A DNA stretch of 64,000 nucleotides from Eledone cirrhosa (lineage: Eukaryota): positions 106,826,001 to 106,890,000 of the forward strand of contig OZ024743.1 in NCBI GenBank assembly GCA_964016885.1, given 5' to 3'. The first letter of the stretch is position 1. Every line of letters begins with the position of its first letter. A model generated the notes under the pieces. The model saw only the letters and a program-made list of their open reading frames with translations, was not told the origin of the DNA and ran no database searches. Of this stretch, positions 51,471 through 64,000 are shown one piece after another. Made by a program: the position numbers and the translations under genes.

Positions 51471-54400
51471 AATATAGACATAGAATATTCGAAAATATTC
51501 TGTATGTTTATAATAAACATTTTGAAGACCTAATCGCTATAGAATAGAATACGTCACGTATTACAATTAGATTCTCGATAAAAGCAAGGGAAGTAATCTA
51601 CGCGTTTCATTCTTGTTAGAAATCATCAGGACCACATATCCAGTGCTTTTATCGAGAATGACACAGCTAGAGACTTATAGAATACTTAGCTGTGTACAGG
51701 AACTGGTTTGAAAGAGCGGTTGCCGGTCCGGCAGAAATTAGAAATTGGAATAAATGCTCTGAAATAGCGATATATATGTGAATATAGACATAGAATATTC
51801 GAAAATATTCTGTATGTTTATAATAAACATTTTGAAGACCTAATCGCTATAGAATAGAATACGTCACGTATTACAATTAGATTCTCGATAAAAGCAAGGG
51901 AAGTAATCTACGCGTTTCATTCTTGTTAGAAATCATCAGGACCACATATCCAGTGCTTTTATCGAGAATGACACAGCTAGAGACTTATAGAATACTTAGC
52001 TGTGTACAGGAACTGGTTTGAAAGAGCGGTTGCCGGTCCGGCAGAAATTAGAAATTGGAATAAATGCTCTGAAATAGCGATATATATGTGAATATAGACA
52101 TAGAATATTCGAAAATATTCTGTATGTTTATAATAAACATTTTGAAGACCTAATCGCTATAGAATAGAATACGTCACGTATTACAATTAGATTCTCGATA
52201 AAAGCAAGGGAAGTAATCTACGCGTTTCATTCTTGTTAGAAATCATCAGGACCACATATCCAGTGCTTTTATCGAGAATGACACAGCTAGAGACTTATAG
52301 AATACTTAGCTGTGTACAGGAACTGGTTTGAAAGAGCGGTTGCCGGTCCGGCAGAAATTAGAAATTGGAATAAATGCTCTGAAATAGCGATATATATGTG
52401 AATATAGACATAGAATATTCGAAAATATTCTGTATGTTTATAATAAACATTTTGAAGACCTAATCGCTATAGAATAGAATACGTCACGTATTACAATTAG
52501 ATTCTCGATAAAAGCAAGGGAAGTAATCTACGCGTTTCATTCTTGTTAGAAATCATCAGGACCACATATCCAGTGCTTTTATCGAGAATGACACAGCTAG
52601 AGACTTATAGAATACTTAGCTGTGTACAGGAACTGGTTTGAAAGAGCGGTTGCCGGTCCGAGTCTCTAGCTGTGTCATTCTCGATAAAAGCACTGGATAT
52701 GTGGTCCTGATGATTTCTAACAAGAATGAAACGCGTAGATTACTTCCCTTGCTTTTATCGAGAATCTAATTGTAATACGTGACGTATTCTATTCTATAGC
52801 GATTAGGTCTTCAAAATGTTTATTATAAACATACAGAATATTTTCGAATATTCTATGTCTATATTCACATATATATCGCTATTTCAGAGCATTTATTCCA
52901 ATTTCTAATTTCTGCCGGACCGGCAACCGCTCTTTCAAACCAGTTCCTGTACACAGCTAAGTATTCTATAAGTCTCTAGCTGTGTCATTCTCGATAAAAG
53001 CACTGGATATGTGGTCCTGATGATTTCTAACAAGAATGAAACGCGTAGATTACTTCCCTTGCTTTTATCGAGAATCTAATTGTAATACGTGACGTATTCT
53101 ATTCTATAGCGATTAGGTCTTCAAAATGTTTATTATAAACATACAGAATATTTTCGAATATTCTATGTCTATATTCACATATATATCGCTATTTCAGAGC
53201 ATTTATTCCAATTTCTAATTTCTGCCGGACCGGCAACCGCTCTTTCAAACCAGTTCCTGTACACAGCTAAGTATTCTATAAGTCTCTAGCTGTGTCATTC
53301 TCGATAAAAGCACTGGATATGTGGTCCTGATGATTTCTAACAAGAATGTAACGCGTAGATTACTTCCCTTGCTTTTATCGAGAATCTAATTGTAATACGT
53401 GACGTATTCTATTCTATAGCGATTAGGTCTTCAAAATGTTTATTATAAACATACAGAATATTTTCGAATATTCTATGTCTATATTCACATATATATCGCT
53501 ATTTCAGAGCATTTATTCCAATTTCTAATTTCTGCCGGACCGGCAACCGCTCTTTCAAACCAGTTCCTGTACACAGCTAAGTATTCTATAAGTCTCTAGC
53601 TGTGTCATTCTCGATAAAAGCACTGGATATGTGGTCCTGATGATTTCTAACAAGAATGAAACGCGTAGATTACTTCCCTTGCTTTTATCGAGAATCTAAT
53701 TGTAATACGTGACGTATTCTATTCTATAGCGATTAGGTCTTCAAAATGTTTATTATAAACATACAGAATATTTTCGAATATTCTATGTCTATATTCACAT
53801 ATATATCGCTATTTCAGAGCATTTATTCCAATTTCTAATTTCTGCCGGACCGGCAACCGCTCTTTCAAACCAGTTCCTGTACACAGCTAAGTATTCTATA
53901 AGTCTCTAGCTGTGTCATTCTCGATAAAAGCACTGGATATGTGGTCCTGATGATTTCTAACAAGAATGAAACGCGTAGATTACTTCCCTTGCTTTTATCG
54001 AGAATCTAATTGTAATACGTGACGTATTCTATTCTATAGCGATTAGGTCTTCAAAATGTTTATTATAAACATACAGAATATTTTCGAATATTCTATGTCT
54101 ATATTCACATATATATCGCTATTTCAGAGCATTTATTCCAATTTCTAATTTCTGCCGGACCGGCAACCGCTCTTTCAAACCAGTTCCTGTACACAGCTAA
54201 GTATTCTATAAGTCTCTAGCTGTGTCATTCTCGATAAAAGCACTGGATATGTGGTCCTGATGATTTCTAACAAGAATGAAACGCGTAGATTACTTCCCTT
54301 GCTTTTATCGAGAATCTAATTGTAATACGTGACGTATTCTATTCTATAGCGATTAGGTCTTCAAAATGTTTATTATAAACATACAGAATATTTTCGAATA

Positions 54401-55692
54401 TTCTATGTCTATATTCACATATATATCGCTATTTCAGAGCATTTATTCCAATTTCTAATTTCTGCCGGACCGGCAACCGCTCTTTCAAACCAGTTCCTGT
54501 ACACAGCTAAGTATTCTATAAGTCTCTAGCTGTGTCATTCTCGATAAAAGCACTGGATATGTGGTCCTGATGATTTCTAACAAGAATGAAACGCGTAGAT
54601 TACTTCCCTTGCTTTTATCGAGAATCTAATTGTAATACGTGACGTATTCTATTCTATAGCGATTAGGTCTTCAAAATGTTTATTATAAACATACAGAATA
54701 TTTTCGAATATTCTATGTCTATATTCACATATATATCGCTATTTCAGAGCATTTATTCCAATTTCTAATTTCTGCCGGACCGGCAACCGCTCTTTCAAAC
54801 CAGTTCCTGTACACAGCTAAGTATTCTATAAGTCTCTAGCTGTGTCATTCTCGATAAAAGCACTGGATATGTTGTCCTGATGATTTCTAACAAGAATGAA
54901 ACGCGTAGATTACTTCCCTTGCTTTTATCGAGAATCTAATTGTAATACGTGACGTATTCTATTCTATAGCGATTAGGTCTTCAAAATGTTTATTATAAAC
55001 ATACAGAATATTTTCGAATATTCTATGTCTATATTCACATATATATCGCTATTTCAGAGCATTTATTCCAATTTCTAATTTCTGCCGGACCGGCAACCGC
55101 TCTTTCAAACCAGTTCCTGTACACAGCTAAGTATTCTATAAGTCTCTAGCTGTGTCATTCTCGATAAAAGCACTGGATATGTGGTCCTGATGATTTCTAA
55201 CAAGAATGAAACGCGTAGATTACTTCCCTTGCTTTTATCGAGAATCTAATTGTAATACGTGACGTATTCTATTCTATAGCGATTAGGTCTTCAAAATGTT
55301 TATTATAAACATACAGAATATTTTCGAATATTCTATGTCTATATTCACATATATATCGCTATTTCAGAGCATTTATTCCAATTTCTAATTTCTGCCGGAC
55401 CGGCAACCGCTCTTTCAAACCAGTTCCTGTACACAGCTAAGTATTCTATAAGTCTCTAGCTGTGTCATTCTCGATAAAAGCACTGGATATGTGGTCCTGA
55501 TGATTTCTAACAAGAATGAAACGCGTAGATTACTTCCCTTGCTTTTATCGAGAATCTAATTGTAATACGTGACGTATTCTATTCTATAGCGATTAGGTCT
55601 TCAAAATGTTTATTATAAACATACAGAATATTTTCGAATATTCTATGTCTATATTCACATATATATCGCTATTTCAGAGCATTTATTCCAAT
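51461..55692. repeat. 310-bp hammerhead-containing tandem array (retrozyme-like) with central inversion
   Basis: About 3.9 minus units (period marks 51471, 51781, 52091, 52401), then about 9.8 plus units starting at 52661, 52971 ... 55451. Units are essentially identical; substitutions were seen only at 53349 and 54873. Confidence 0.97.
52701..52743 (+). ncRNA. Type I hammerhead ribozyme (representative of 14 copies)
   Basis: GTGGTC CTGATGA T-TTC-taacaa-GAA-T GAAA CGCG TA GATTAC. Predicted cleavage after 52737. Enclosed by the 16-bp stem ATTCTCGATAAAAGCA/TGCTTTTATCGAGAAT. Confidence 0.92.
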
Positions 55693-55707
55693 ATATATAT
55701 ATATATA

Positions 55708-55856
55708 TATTGTTATACTTTGGGAAGGTCATGTTGCCAATAAGAAACACACACACCAGTTTCTTTCACTTCAATTTATTATAATAAATTGAAGTGAAAG
55801 CAACTGGTGCGTGTGTTTCTTATTGGCAACATGACCCTCCCAAAGTATAACAATAT
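55708..55856. mobile_element. Spacerless ~74-bp-arm palindrome made of a PLE 3' terminus
   Basis: Arms match the termini at 47615-47640, 41195-41265 and 42000-42072 (TGGCAACATGACCCTCCCAAAGTATAACAAT). Confidence 0.85.
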
Positions 55857-56224
55857 CGGTGTCAACACACGTTTTCAGATAAAGAATCTTGCTAAACAAA
55901 TTCACAAACGAAATATATATATATATATTTAATACAATTAGAAATATTAGACGGCACAGATGCAATTATACATTACCACATCTCTATTATGTGGATATGT
56001 AAACTTGCAAAGTACGAATTACCATGAAAACTGAAAATATGATGAACGAATTTAACCAGTCTTCAAGCACATTTAGAGTTTGATCAGACGGCATGAATAT
56101 AAATTAAACAAAAAGGAAGCACGTAATCAAAGAGGCTATATATTCTATCTTTGATAGGGCAGTAGCCTGAGATGGACATACTTTGTTTATACAGGTATAT
56201 AAACTTGTTAGTGCCCAAATTTGT

Positions 56225-56327
<103 letters not shown>

Positions 56328-57213
56328 AAAGGTTACATATATAGAGTACTAACCTTATTTGTGATTTTCAGGGTCTCGATACAAAAGACTATAAATATTT
56401 ATTTATATATGTCATCATTTGAGATTTATCATGAATCTATCATTAATATAATTAGTTATCTGTTAGGAAAAACACCACGATTTTCATCCAAGCCGGAATC
56501 TTTTCTTTGGGCCAACATATTTTAGTTGCTTTATGTCCCACAACGTACCGAGTAAAATCGCGTTGTGTTTCCTGCCACGAAAAATACTAAACATATTAGC
56601 GTTTCCAATGTCGGCATTAAAAACAATCAATTTGTGGGACGGAAAAGTCGATTTTATTGGCCCTTCTAAGTGACAGATATTTATGGACCCCAAAAGAATA
56701 AAAGACGAAAATGAGCGGAGCGCTAATTGAATTTTGTATGTATTCAGGCAGAAAAATATCCCAAATCATTTCGTCCGACACAAGAGTTGTTCTGCTAAAC
56801 TATATCCATTAATTCCCTTATATATTGATATATAATTTCATGTACAATTTCAGCAATTAAGCGAGGAAGGCAAACGAAGTAGATTACGTGAACAAAATTA
56901 CATGATTTGTACTTTATTTTTTTATCCCAGAAGGAAAGAAAGGAAAAATTAGATTTTCTATCTGAACGTAAGGCGTCGGTAAATTATTTTCCCGCGTCAC
57001 GAATGTTGTCATCCGACGTTGTAAACGCTTCGGCCAAACCATGATTTCAATTACATAGTAAATGTCAGAGAGCGCAAATGTAGTATAGCCGTTAAGCTCT
57101 CATTCGTTATTCGTTAAACGGATCAACAAGTAACAAAGGCGAACCAAAAACAAAACAAATTAGTGTAATATGTAAAGCAGTTTAGGATAAGTGGGAATTC
57201 TTTACACAGTGCA

Positions 57214-57278
<65 letters not shown>

Positions 57279-57307
57279 TATTTATATATATATATTTATA
57301 TTTATAA

Positions 57308-57380
<73 letters not shown>

Positions 57381-57915
57381 TACATATATATATATAAGGC
57401 GTCTCAAAGACACGTACACACAGATACAATAAACACACAGAGTAGGGGATATAAATTTCTATGTACTTTTTCTTTTGTGTGTGCGAGGAAATTCAACGGT
57501 ATATTTAGACAACATTAATTAAAATGTAATGTTTACCTCCCCAACTATTCAGCGTTGAGGTAGTTGTGTGGAATGCTTTCGCTCATTCAACCAGTTAGAA
57601 AATACATACATCTGCTGACATAAATGTTTGGTATGAGATATGTGATTTTTCAACACATACGACTGAGTTGTCATCGTGTGGTCTCATGAATTTCCCAAAT
57701 TTCACATTCAGAAGATTCAGACGCGTTCCACAACAGGTGTTAGTGACAGGATCCATATTAATTACTCCAGCTTGACGAGAGAAACAAAGGTCAACCTTTA
57801 ATTTTCAGGTTATTAAATACACTGAAATAAAATATTTAAAACTTCTTCCTTAGCATTGAAGAGAAATGGAAGAGAAGCTCGCACTTTTCTTCCATTCTGG
57901 TATTATGATTCTCAG

Positions 57916-58084
57916 CAGTATCGGAAGAGGTTCGGACGCAATGCTTTGACACAGTTACAGCCCTTGCCATACTGAGTTCAAATCCCGCCAAGGTTAACTT
58001 TGCCTTTCATTCTTACAGGGTCGATAAAATAAAGTACCAGTAATACACTGGTTAATTATTGGCCTTGTGCCCAAAGTAGAAACA
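57916..58084 (+). mobile_element. tRNA-derived SINE with 14-bp TSD
   Basis: TSD ATTATGATTCTCAG at 57902-57915 and 58085-58098. Confidence 0.9.
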
Positions 58085-58473
58085 ATTATGATTCTCAGAT
58101 ACTCATATTTTCCATCAATTATATTTTGATCTGTTCTTCCTCTACCGGTTTCAATCATGGAATGGGAGGCAGATTGAGTGAAATTTCTCCCAGTATATAT
58201 ATTTTAATCTGGTATACATTATATGAAAAACAGACTGAAATTGAAGCGATTGTCATGTAATGATTGTCTACTATTATATATATATACAAACATATATATG
58301 TTTATATGTACGTCAATACTCAACTTTTTCCATTTATCTGAGGGTTCTAAGCCCCCATTATCAGACTAAAATTTATTTAGTCAAAAAATACAGTGAAAGC
58401 TATTCTATTTTCTAACGTCAAACCTGCTCACTGTTTCAAAACATATTTACATATATATATATATATTTATATA

Positions 58474-58697
58474 TATCTATCTATCTATCTAAGGCGGGTA
58501 AAATTCCCGAGATCCATGGACGAGTTCTCTCCAGCGGTCTTTGTCCCTCATTATCGCTGCCATGTCCTGCATCTCCAACAGACCAGTGTCTGTCCTTAGG
58601 GCATCAACATATGTTAACCTTGGTCTTCCTCTTCTAGTGTGTCCATGTAGGGGCTCCCAAAGGAGAACTGAGTGCAATGTCAACTCTGGATGTCGGA
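58474..58697 (-). mobile_element. RTE LINE 3' fragment
   Basis: [33 protein letters not shown] followed by a (TAGA)n tail. Confidence 0.85.
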
Positions 58698-58734
58698 TAT
58701 ATATATATATATATATATATATAGAAGGATTTAA

Positions 58735-58823
<89 letters not shown>

Positions 58824-58828
<5 letters not shown>

Positions 58829-59398
58829 GGATTTAAATGGATACAGTCCAGTAAAAGGAATTTATTGACACGTGTTTCAATAACAGTTATATAACCTGAA
58901 AACGGTTGCTATCTACAAAGTATTAATTATGCAGACACTCAATATTTCAATGTTATTTTCAACTATCATTTCATCAGAATAATCTCATTGAGAACTTGTT
59001 TGGTTTTTATAGAGAATATTAAGAGGGAGGAGTGAAGTTAGAAGAATAGTTAAGGAAGTGGATAGAAATGTTTGATAGCAGTGGTAATTAGATTCCCATC
59101 TGTTGTTTTGACATTATTATAGAATACATTATTTGGCGTTGGTTATTTTTCTAAATCTATAGAATGATTAGAGATAGTAAAGATAGGCATGGTTGGTTTT
59201 GTGTTTGCACTTAATTAACATACAGACTTAAATTTTTCTTTCAAGTGTGTGTATCCATTCGCCCTCACATAGATATATGTGTATATATACTTATTTTTTT
59301 TAAAAAACATACACATTCACACACATACATATATGCACACCTCTACAAATACATGCACTCATATACACATACTTACATGCTCATACTTACATACCTAT

Positions 59399-59475
<77 letters not shown>

Positions 59476-62400
59476 TATATCTACCCACATACGCATTCAT
59501 GTATATACACTTTCATACTCTACTTATCTTCATATACACACATATAGACACACACATATATACATACATACTCCTGTCTATGTGTATATATATATATAAA
59601 TACACATATACATGAATACACATACATTTAATTATACACATCAAATATATATATATATATACACACTCGCCCACTTATTTATTTATTTATATACATTTTC
59701 ACCTAATTACATACATATGGTCGCTTTTAGACACATTCATTATAGCATATTCGCACCTATTCTCACCAGCATATTTATCCATTATTAGTGTGATAATTTA
59801 AGGTTATTAATAGTACATATATATGTTGAGAAGTGATTGTTTTTATATTTTTCTAACTAGATTGAGGATTTGTATAGTTGGGAGGATGTCCCTCGTTTAT
59901 GTAATATTCAGCTTGTAGTGGGAAAAAAGGGTTTTAGTTCGGTGACGGCAGAATAATGTTCGTTCAATTCTGTTATTAAGCAGTTTCTTCTTGTGTGTGA
60001 TTATGTAATAAATCTCAAGATTACATAATTTGCAGTAATTTTGGCTCCTGGAAAAGCTTTGGGTTTTAGCTAATTTCTCCCATTTTAGGGTAAACTTTTG
60101 ATCGCTATCCCTGAGTGTCCAAGCTTTTTCTGCTAAAGTTGTTACATTTCTTTGGCTCTGGTGTTTTCTTGAGTTAGAATGCCTATATAATCGAGATTTA
60201 AACGATGTTGCCGTTGATCCCACGTAATACCACTCGTTGCCTCCGGATTCAATGGTACACTTATAGATGATTTTTTTTTCAAGGCAGTTATTGCCGAGGG
60301 GGCAATTGTCAGGATAGGTGCAGTTACAGTTGTGTACGTTGGTTTTGTAGTTAGGTTTACTCTGGAGTAGTATTGCGGACGAACTTAGGTGTGGTTTATT
60401 TATGTTCTGTAGTGTATTGTCTACTGTTTTTTTTTGTGCTCTTTGTACTTAAGTTTTTAGTGTTTTCGTTTAACCTTCTAGTATTGATCTTTTTTATGTG
60501 TTGTTCAAGGTTTAACGCTGTAGAGTATGACAGTCTTATAGTGGTAGGGTTTAGGATTTGGTGGTATTTGTATGATGTAGGAAAATGTTTCCTAACTATT
60601 TTAAAGAAGAGTACTGGTAAATGTGTACTAATGGAAACATTGTATTCAGGTTTATACCATAAGTACTCTTTGCATCGCTTTCTATTAGTTTTGTTTGTTG
60701 GTTTACTGGTGTGTACACTATGGTAGTAAGTGTGGTTTGGTGTTGTGTTATTATTTCTACCTATATAGGATTTATTTTGGGTGTTTTGATTGTTTTCATC
60801 TATATATTCTATTTTGTTGAGGTAGCCTGCTTTACTAAGGGTAATTATCGTAGTATTCGGCGTGTTCCTTAAATACTTGTATGTTAGAAGATAGACCCGA
60901 GATTCTAAGGGAAATATTTTTAGGGATAGATTTAATTATAGAGATGGGGTCGTTAGACCCAACATTTACGTACTTGAGATTTTCATTCAATTTATTAAAC
61001 GGTTTAATCAGACCAGAGTTTAACTACTTTAAGGCTGTGTTCATATGTTATAGTTAGTCCTATTTCGAGTAGTAGTTTTCTTATATCTTTGCGTAGTTTT
61101 TCTAGTTTTTGGTTATTTAGGTTTTTAACTAGGAGGAGAGCATCATCGCAGTATATTCCACCGTGGAGATTACTGAATTTTTCCTGGAGTTTAAAGGCGA
61201 TAAATAACCCCACAATTTCAGTTATTTCCGCCGAATTGTTAGAGCCCATTGTTATGTCAAATTTGGAGGGTCTATCTTTACGAACCCAATAACTGTTCTC
61301 AAATTTGACTATAGTTTTCCTAGCTTCAAATATAATCTTAATTTCTTCATTTGTAAGGTCAGAGTTATCATTAGCAAACTCAATGGTTCTATTCAGAGTT
61401 TCAGGTGATATCGATGAGTAATATTCATCGATATCAAACTGGATAAACTTAGATTTATTCTTATTGCTAATGCTATTAAACCATCTAATTGCTTCTTGGG
61501 TCTTCCCCCAGAGTTTAATGTTAACCTTAGCCTTAATTTGGGGGATGATTCTATCTAAGATATATTTGCTTAGTGTTATTAAAAAAACTAATAGAAAGCG
61601 ATGCAAAGAGTACTTATGGTATAACCCTGAATACAATAGTTCCATTAGTACAAATTTACCAGTACTCTTCTTTAAAATAGTTAGGAAACATTTTCCTACA
61701 TCACACAAATACCACAAAATCCTAAACCCTACCACTATAAGACTGTCATACTCTACAGCGTTAAACCTTGAACAACACATAAAAAAGATCAATACTAGAA
61801 GGTTAAACGAAAACATTAAAAACTTAAGTACAAAGAGCACAAAAAAAAACAGTAGACAATACACTACAGAACATAAATAAACCACACCTAAGTTCGTCCG
61901 CAATACTACTCCAGAGTAAACCTAACTACAAAACCAACGTACACAACTGTAACTGCACCTATCCTGACAATTGCCCCCTCGGCAATAACTGCCTTGAAAA
62001 AAAAATCATCTATAAGTGTACCATTGAATCCGGAGGCAACGAGTGGTATTACGTGGGATCAACGGCAACATCGTTTAAATCTCGATTATATAGGCATTCT
62101 TACTCAAGAAAACACCAGAGCCAAAGAAATGTAACAACTTTAGCAGAAAAAGCTTGGACGCTCAGGGATAGCGATCAAAAGTTTACCCTAAAATGGGAGA
62201 AATTAGCTAAAACCCAAAGCTTTTCCAGGAGCCAAAATTTCTGCAAATTATGTAATCTTGAGATTTATTACATAATCACACACAAGAAGAAACTGCTTAA
62301 TAACAGAATTGAACGAACATTATTCTGCCGTCACCGAACTAAAACCCTTTTTTCCCACTACAAGATGAATATTACATAAACGAGGGACATCCTCCCAACT

Positions 62401-62671
62401 ATACAAATCCTCAATCTAGTTAGGAAAATATAAAAACAATCACTTCTCAACATATATATGTACTACTAATAACCTTAAATTATCACACTAATAATGGATA
62501 AATATGCTGGTGAGAATAGGTGCGAATATGCTATAATGAATGTGTCTAAAAGCGACCATATGTATCTATATAGGTGAAAATGTATATAAATAAGTAAATA
62601 AGTGGGCGAGTGTGTATATATATATATTTGATGTGTATAATTAAATGTATGTGTATTCATGTATATGAGTA

Positions 62672-62702
<31 letters not shown>

Positions 62703-62799
62703 ATAGACAGGAGTATGTATGTATATATGTGTGTGTCTATATGTGTGTATATGAAGATAAGTAGAGTATGAAAGTGTATATACATGAATGCGTATGTGG

Positions 62800-62848
<49 letters not shown>

Positions 62849-63538
62849 TGCATATATGTATTTAAGTATGGGCATGTAAGTATGTGTATATGAGTGTATG
62901 TATTTGTAGAGTTGTGCATATATGTATGTGTGTGAATGTGTATGATTTTTAAAAACATAAGTATATATACACATATATCAATGTGTGGGCGAATGGATAC
63001 ACACACTTGAAAGAAAAATTTAAGTCTGTATGTTAATTAAGTGCAAACACAAAACCAACCATGCATATCTTTACTATCTCTAATCCTTCTATAGATTTAG
63101 AAAAATAACCAACGCCATATAATGTATTCTATAAAAATGTCAAAACAACAGATGGGAATCTAATTACCCACTGCTATCAAAAATTTCTATCCACTTCCTT
63201 AACTATTCTTCTAACTTCACTCCTCCCTGTTAATATTCTCTATAAAACCAAACAAGTTCTCAATGTGATTATTCTGATGAAATGATAGTTGAAAATAACA
63301 TTGAAATATTGAGTGTCTGCATAATTAATACTTTGTAGATAGCAACCGTTTTCAGGTTATATAACTGTTATTGAAACACGTGTCAATAAATTCCTTTTAC
63401 TGAACTGTATCCATTTAAATCCTTCTATTTTTCTCCGGATTACTTTTGAAACTACAACTGGAACCGTCGAGCAAACCCTACGTGAGCTGTCCATCTACTG
63501 TGTATAATATTCATATTACAACACTACGGAAAATACTA
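58824..63538. mobile_element. Penelope-like element (Nematis-like) as inverted pair: minus arm 58824-~61584, plus arm ~61585-63538
   Basis: RT motifs FIQFDIDEYYSSI, MGSNNSAE and GIYCDDAL. Linker CNCTYPDNCPLGNNC. GIY-YIG (IIYKC..YVGST, CKLCNLE) in both arms. The long 3' UTR is duplicated in inverted orientation. Confidence 0.93.
63269..63389 (+). ncRNA. pLTR hammerhead with 72-nt insert in loop II (mirror at 58862-58982, minus)
   Basis: TTATT CTGATGA AATGATAGTT-(72 nt)-AACTGTTATT GAAAC ACGT GTC AATAA. Confidence 0.85.
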
Positions 63539-64000
63539 TATATATATATATTAGAAAAGGGAAGTGAGGTTCTATAAAAAAGAGTGGATATAGAGAAAAG
63601 AGGAAGTTGGAAATAGCACCGGAGATATATTTAAGGGTCAGTCTTTCTTTTTTGATTCGTCAAAGTAACATTTTTTGAAAGATAGTGTTATTAAAAAAGA
63701 TAATCTTATAAAAAAAAAGAGAGGGACAATTCTTTTTTAAACATTTTTTTATGAAGTATATAAAGTATATGAGAAAATTACTGGTTTCGATGTATTAAGA
63801 TCCATCTTGTCAAATTCAGTGAAAAAGGTTAATTAAAAAGAGTTGGTAGGGTAAAGAAAGGTTTAAAATTAAAATCAAAATCGAATGTTTGAGTAAAATT
63901 TCTTCCATCATGCTTCCTGAGAAGTTGCCTGGGAATGAGGCCAAGCTGTTTTGTTGGTGTGAGAAATGTGCTGTGACCGTATTGTTTAATCTATTGGTCG

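Noticed and set aside
51461-55692. CRISPR array or centromeric satellite
   Set aside because: There are no unique spacers or cas genes and the context is eukaryotic. The ribozyme, the inversion and the TA-fused ends fit a retroposed RNA better than a plain satellite.
61004-61903. 299-aa ORF with hydrophobic N-terminus fused to RT
   Set aside because: It reads across the inversion junction (~61585); the N-terminus is the antisense of the other arm.
63545-64000. Possible 3' end of another PLE on the minus strand
   Set aside because: Only a weak motif resemblance, and truncated by the window edge.

Overview
This is AT-rich, microsatellite-dense eukaryotic DNA. It is probably a cephalopod or other mollusc, inferred from the SINE type and (TA)n density. 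No host gene can be supported. The window is a retroelement graveyard: an L1/Tx1-like LINE (1-4404), two RTE LINE pieces, a decayed RLE/HERO-like LINE, tRNA-derived SINEs with TSDs, a probable Helentron-associated element, and at least five Penelope-like elements (PLEs) or fragments (RT and/or GIY-YIG). The most notable signal is a PLE-linked hammerhead-ribozyme (HHR) system. It includes a near-perfect 310-bp tandem array (51461-55692, 14 type I HHRs, orientation flip at 52660/52661) and two other non-coding HHR tandem families (about 318 and 422 bp) that look like retrozymes copied from circular RNAs. HHR core variants occur, including a compensatory UUGAUAA (U3-A8) core in two unrelated elements. 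Many inserts have two 3' ends pointing outward, each fused to (TA)n. All structures were paired by eye; no folding or database search was run, clade labels are tentative and boundaries are approximate.
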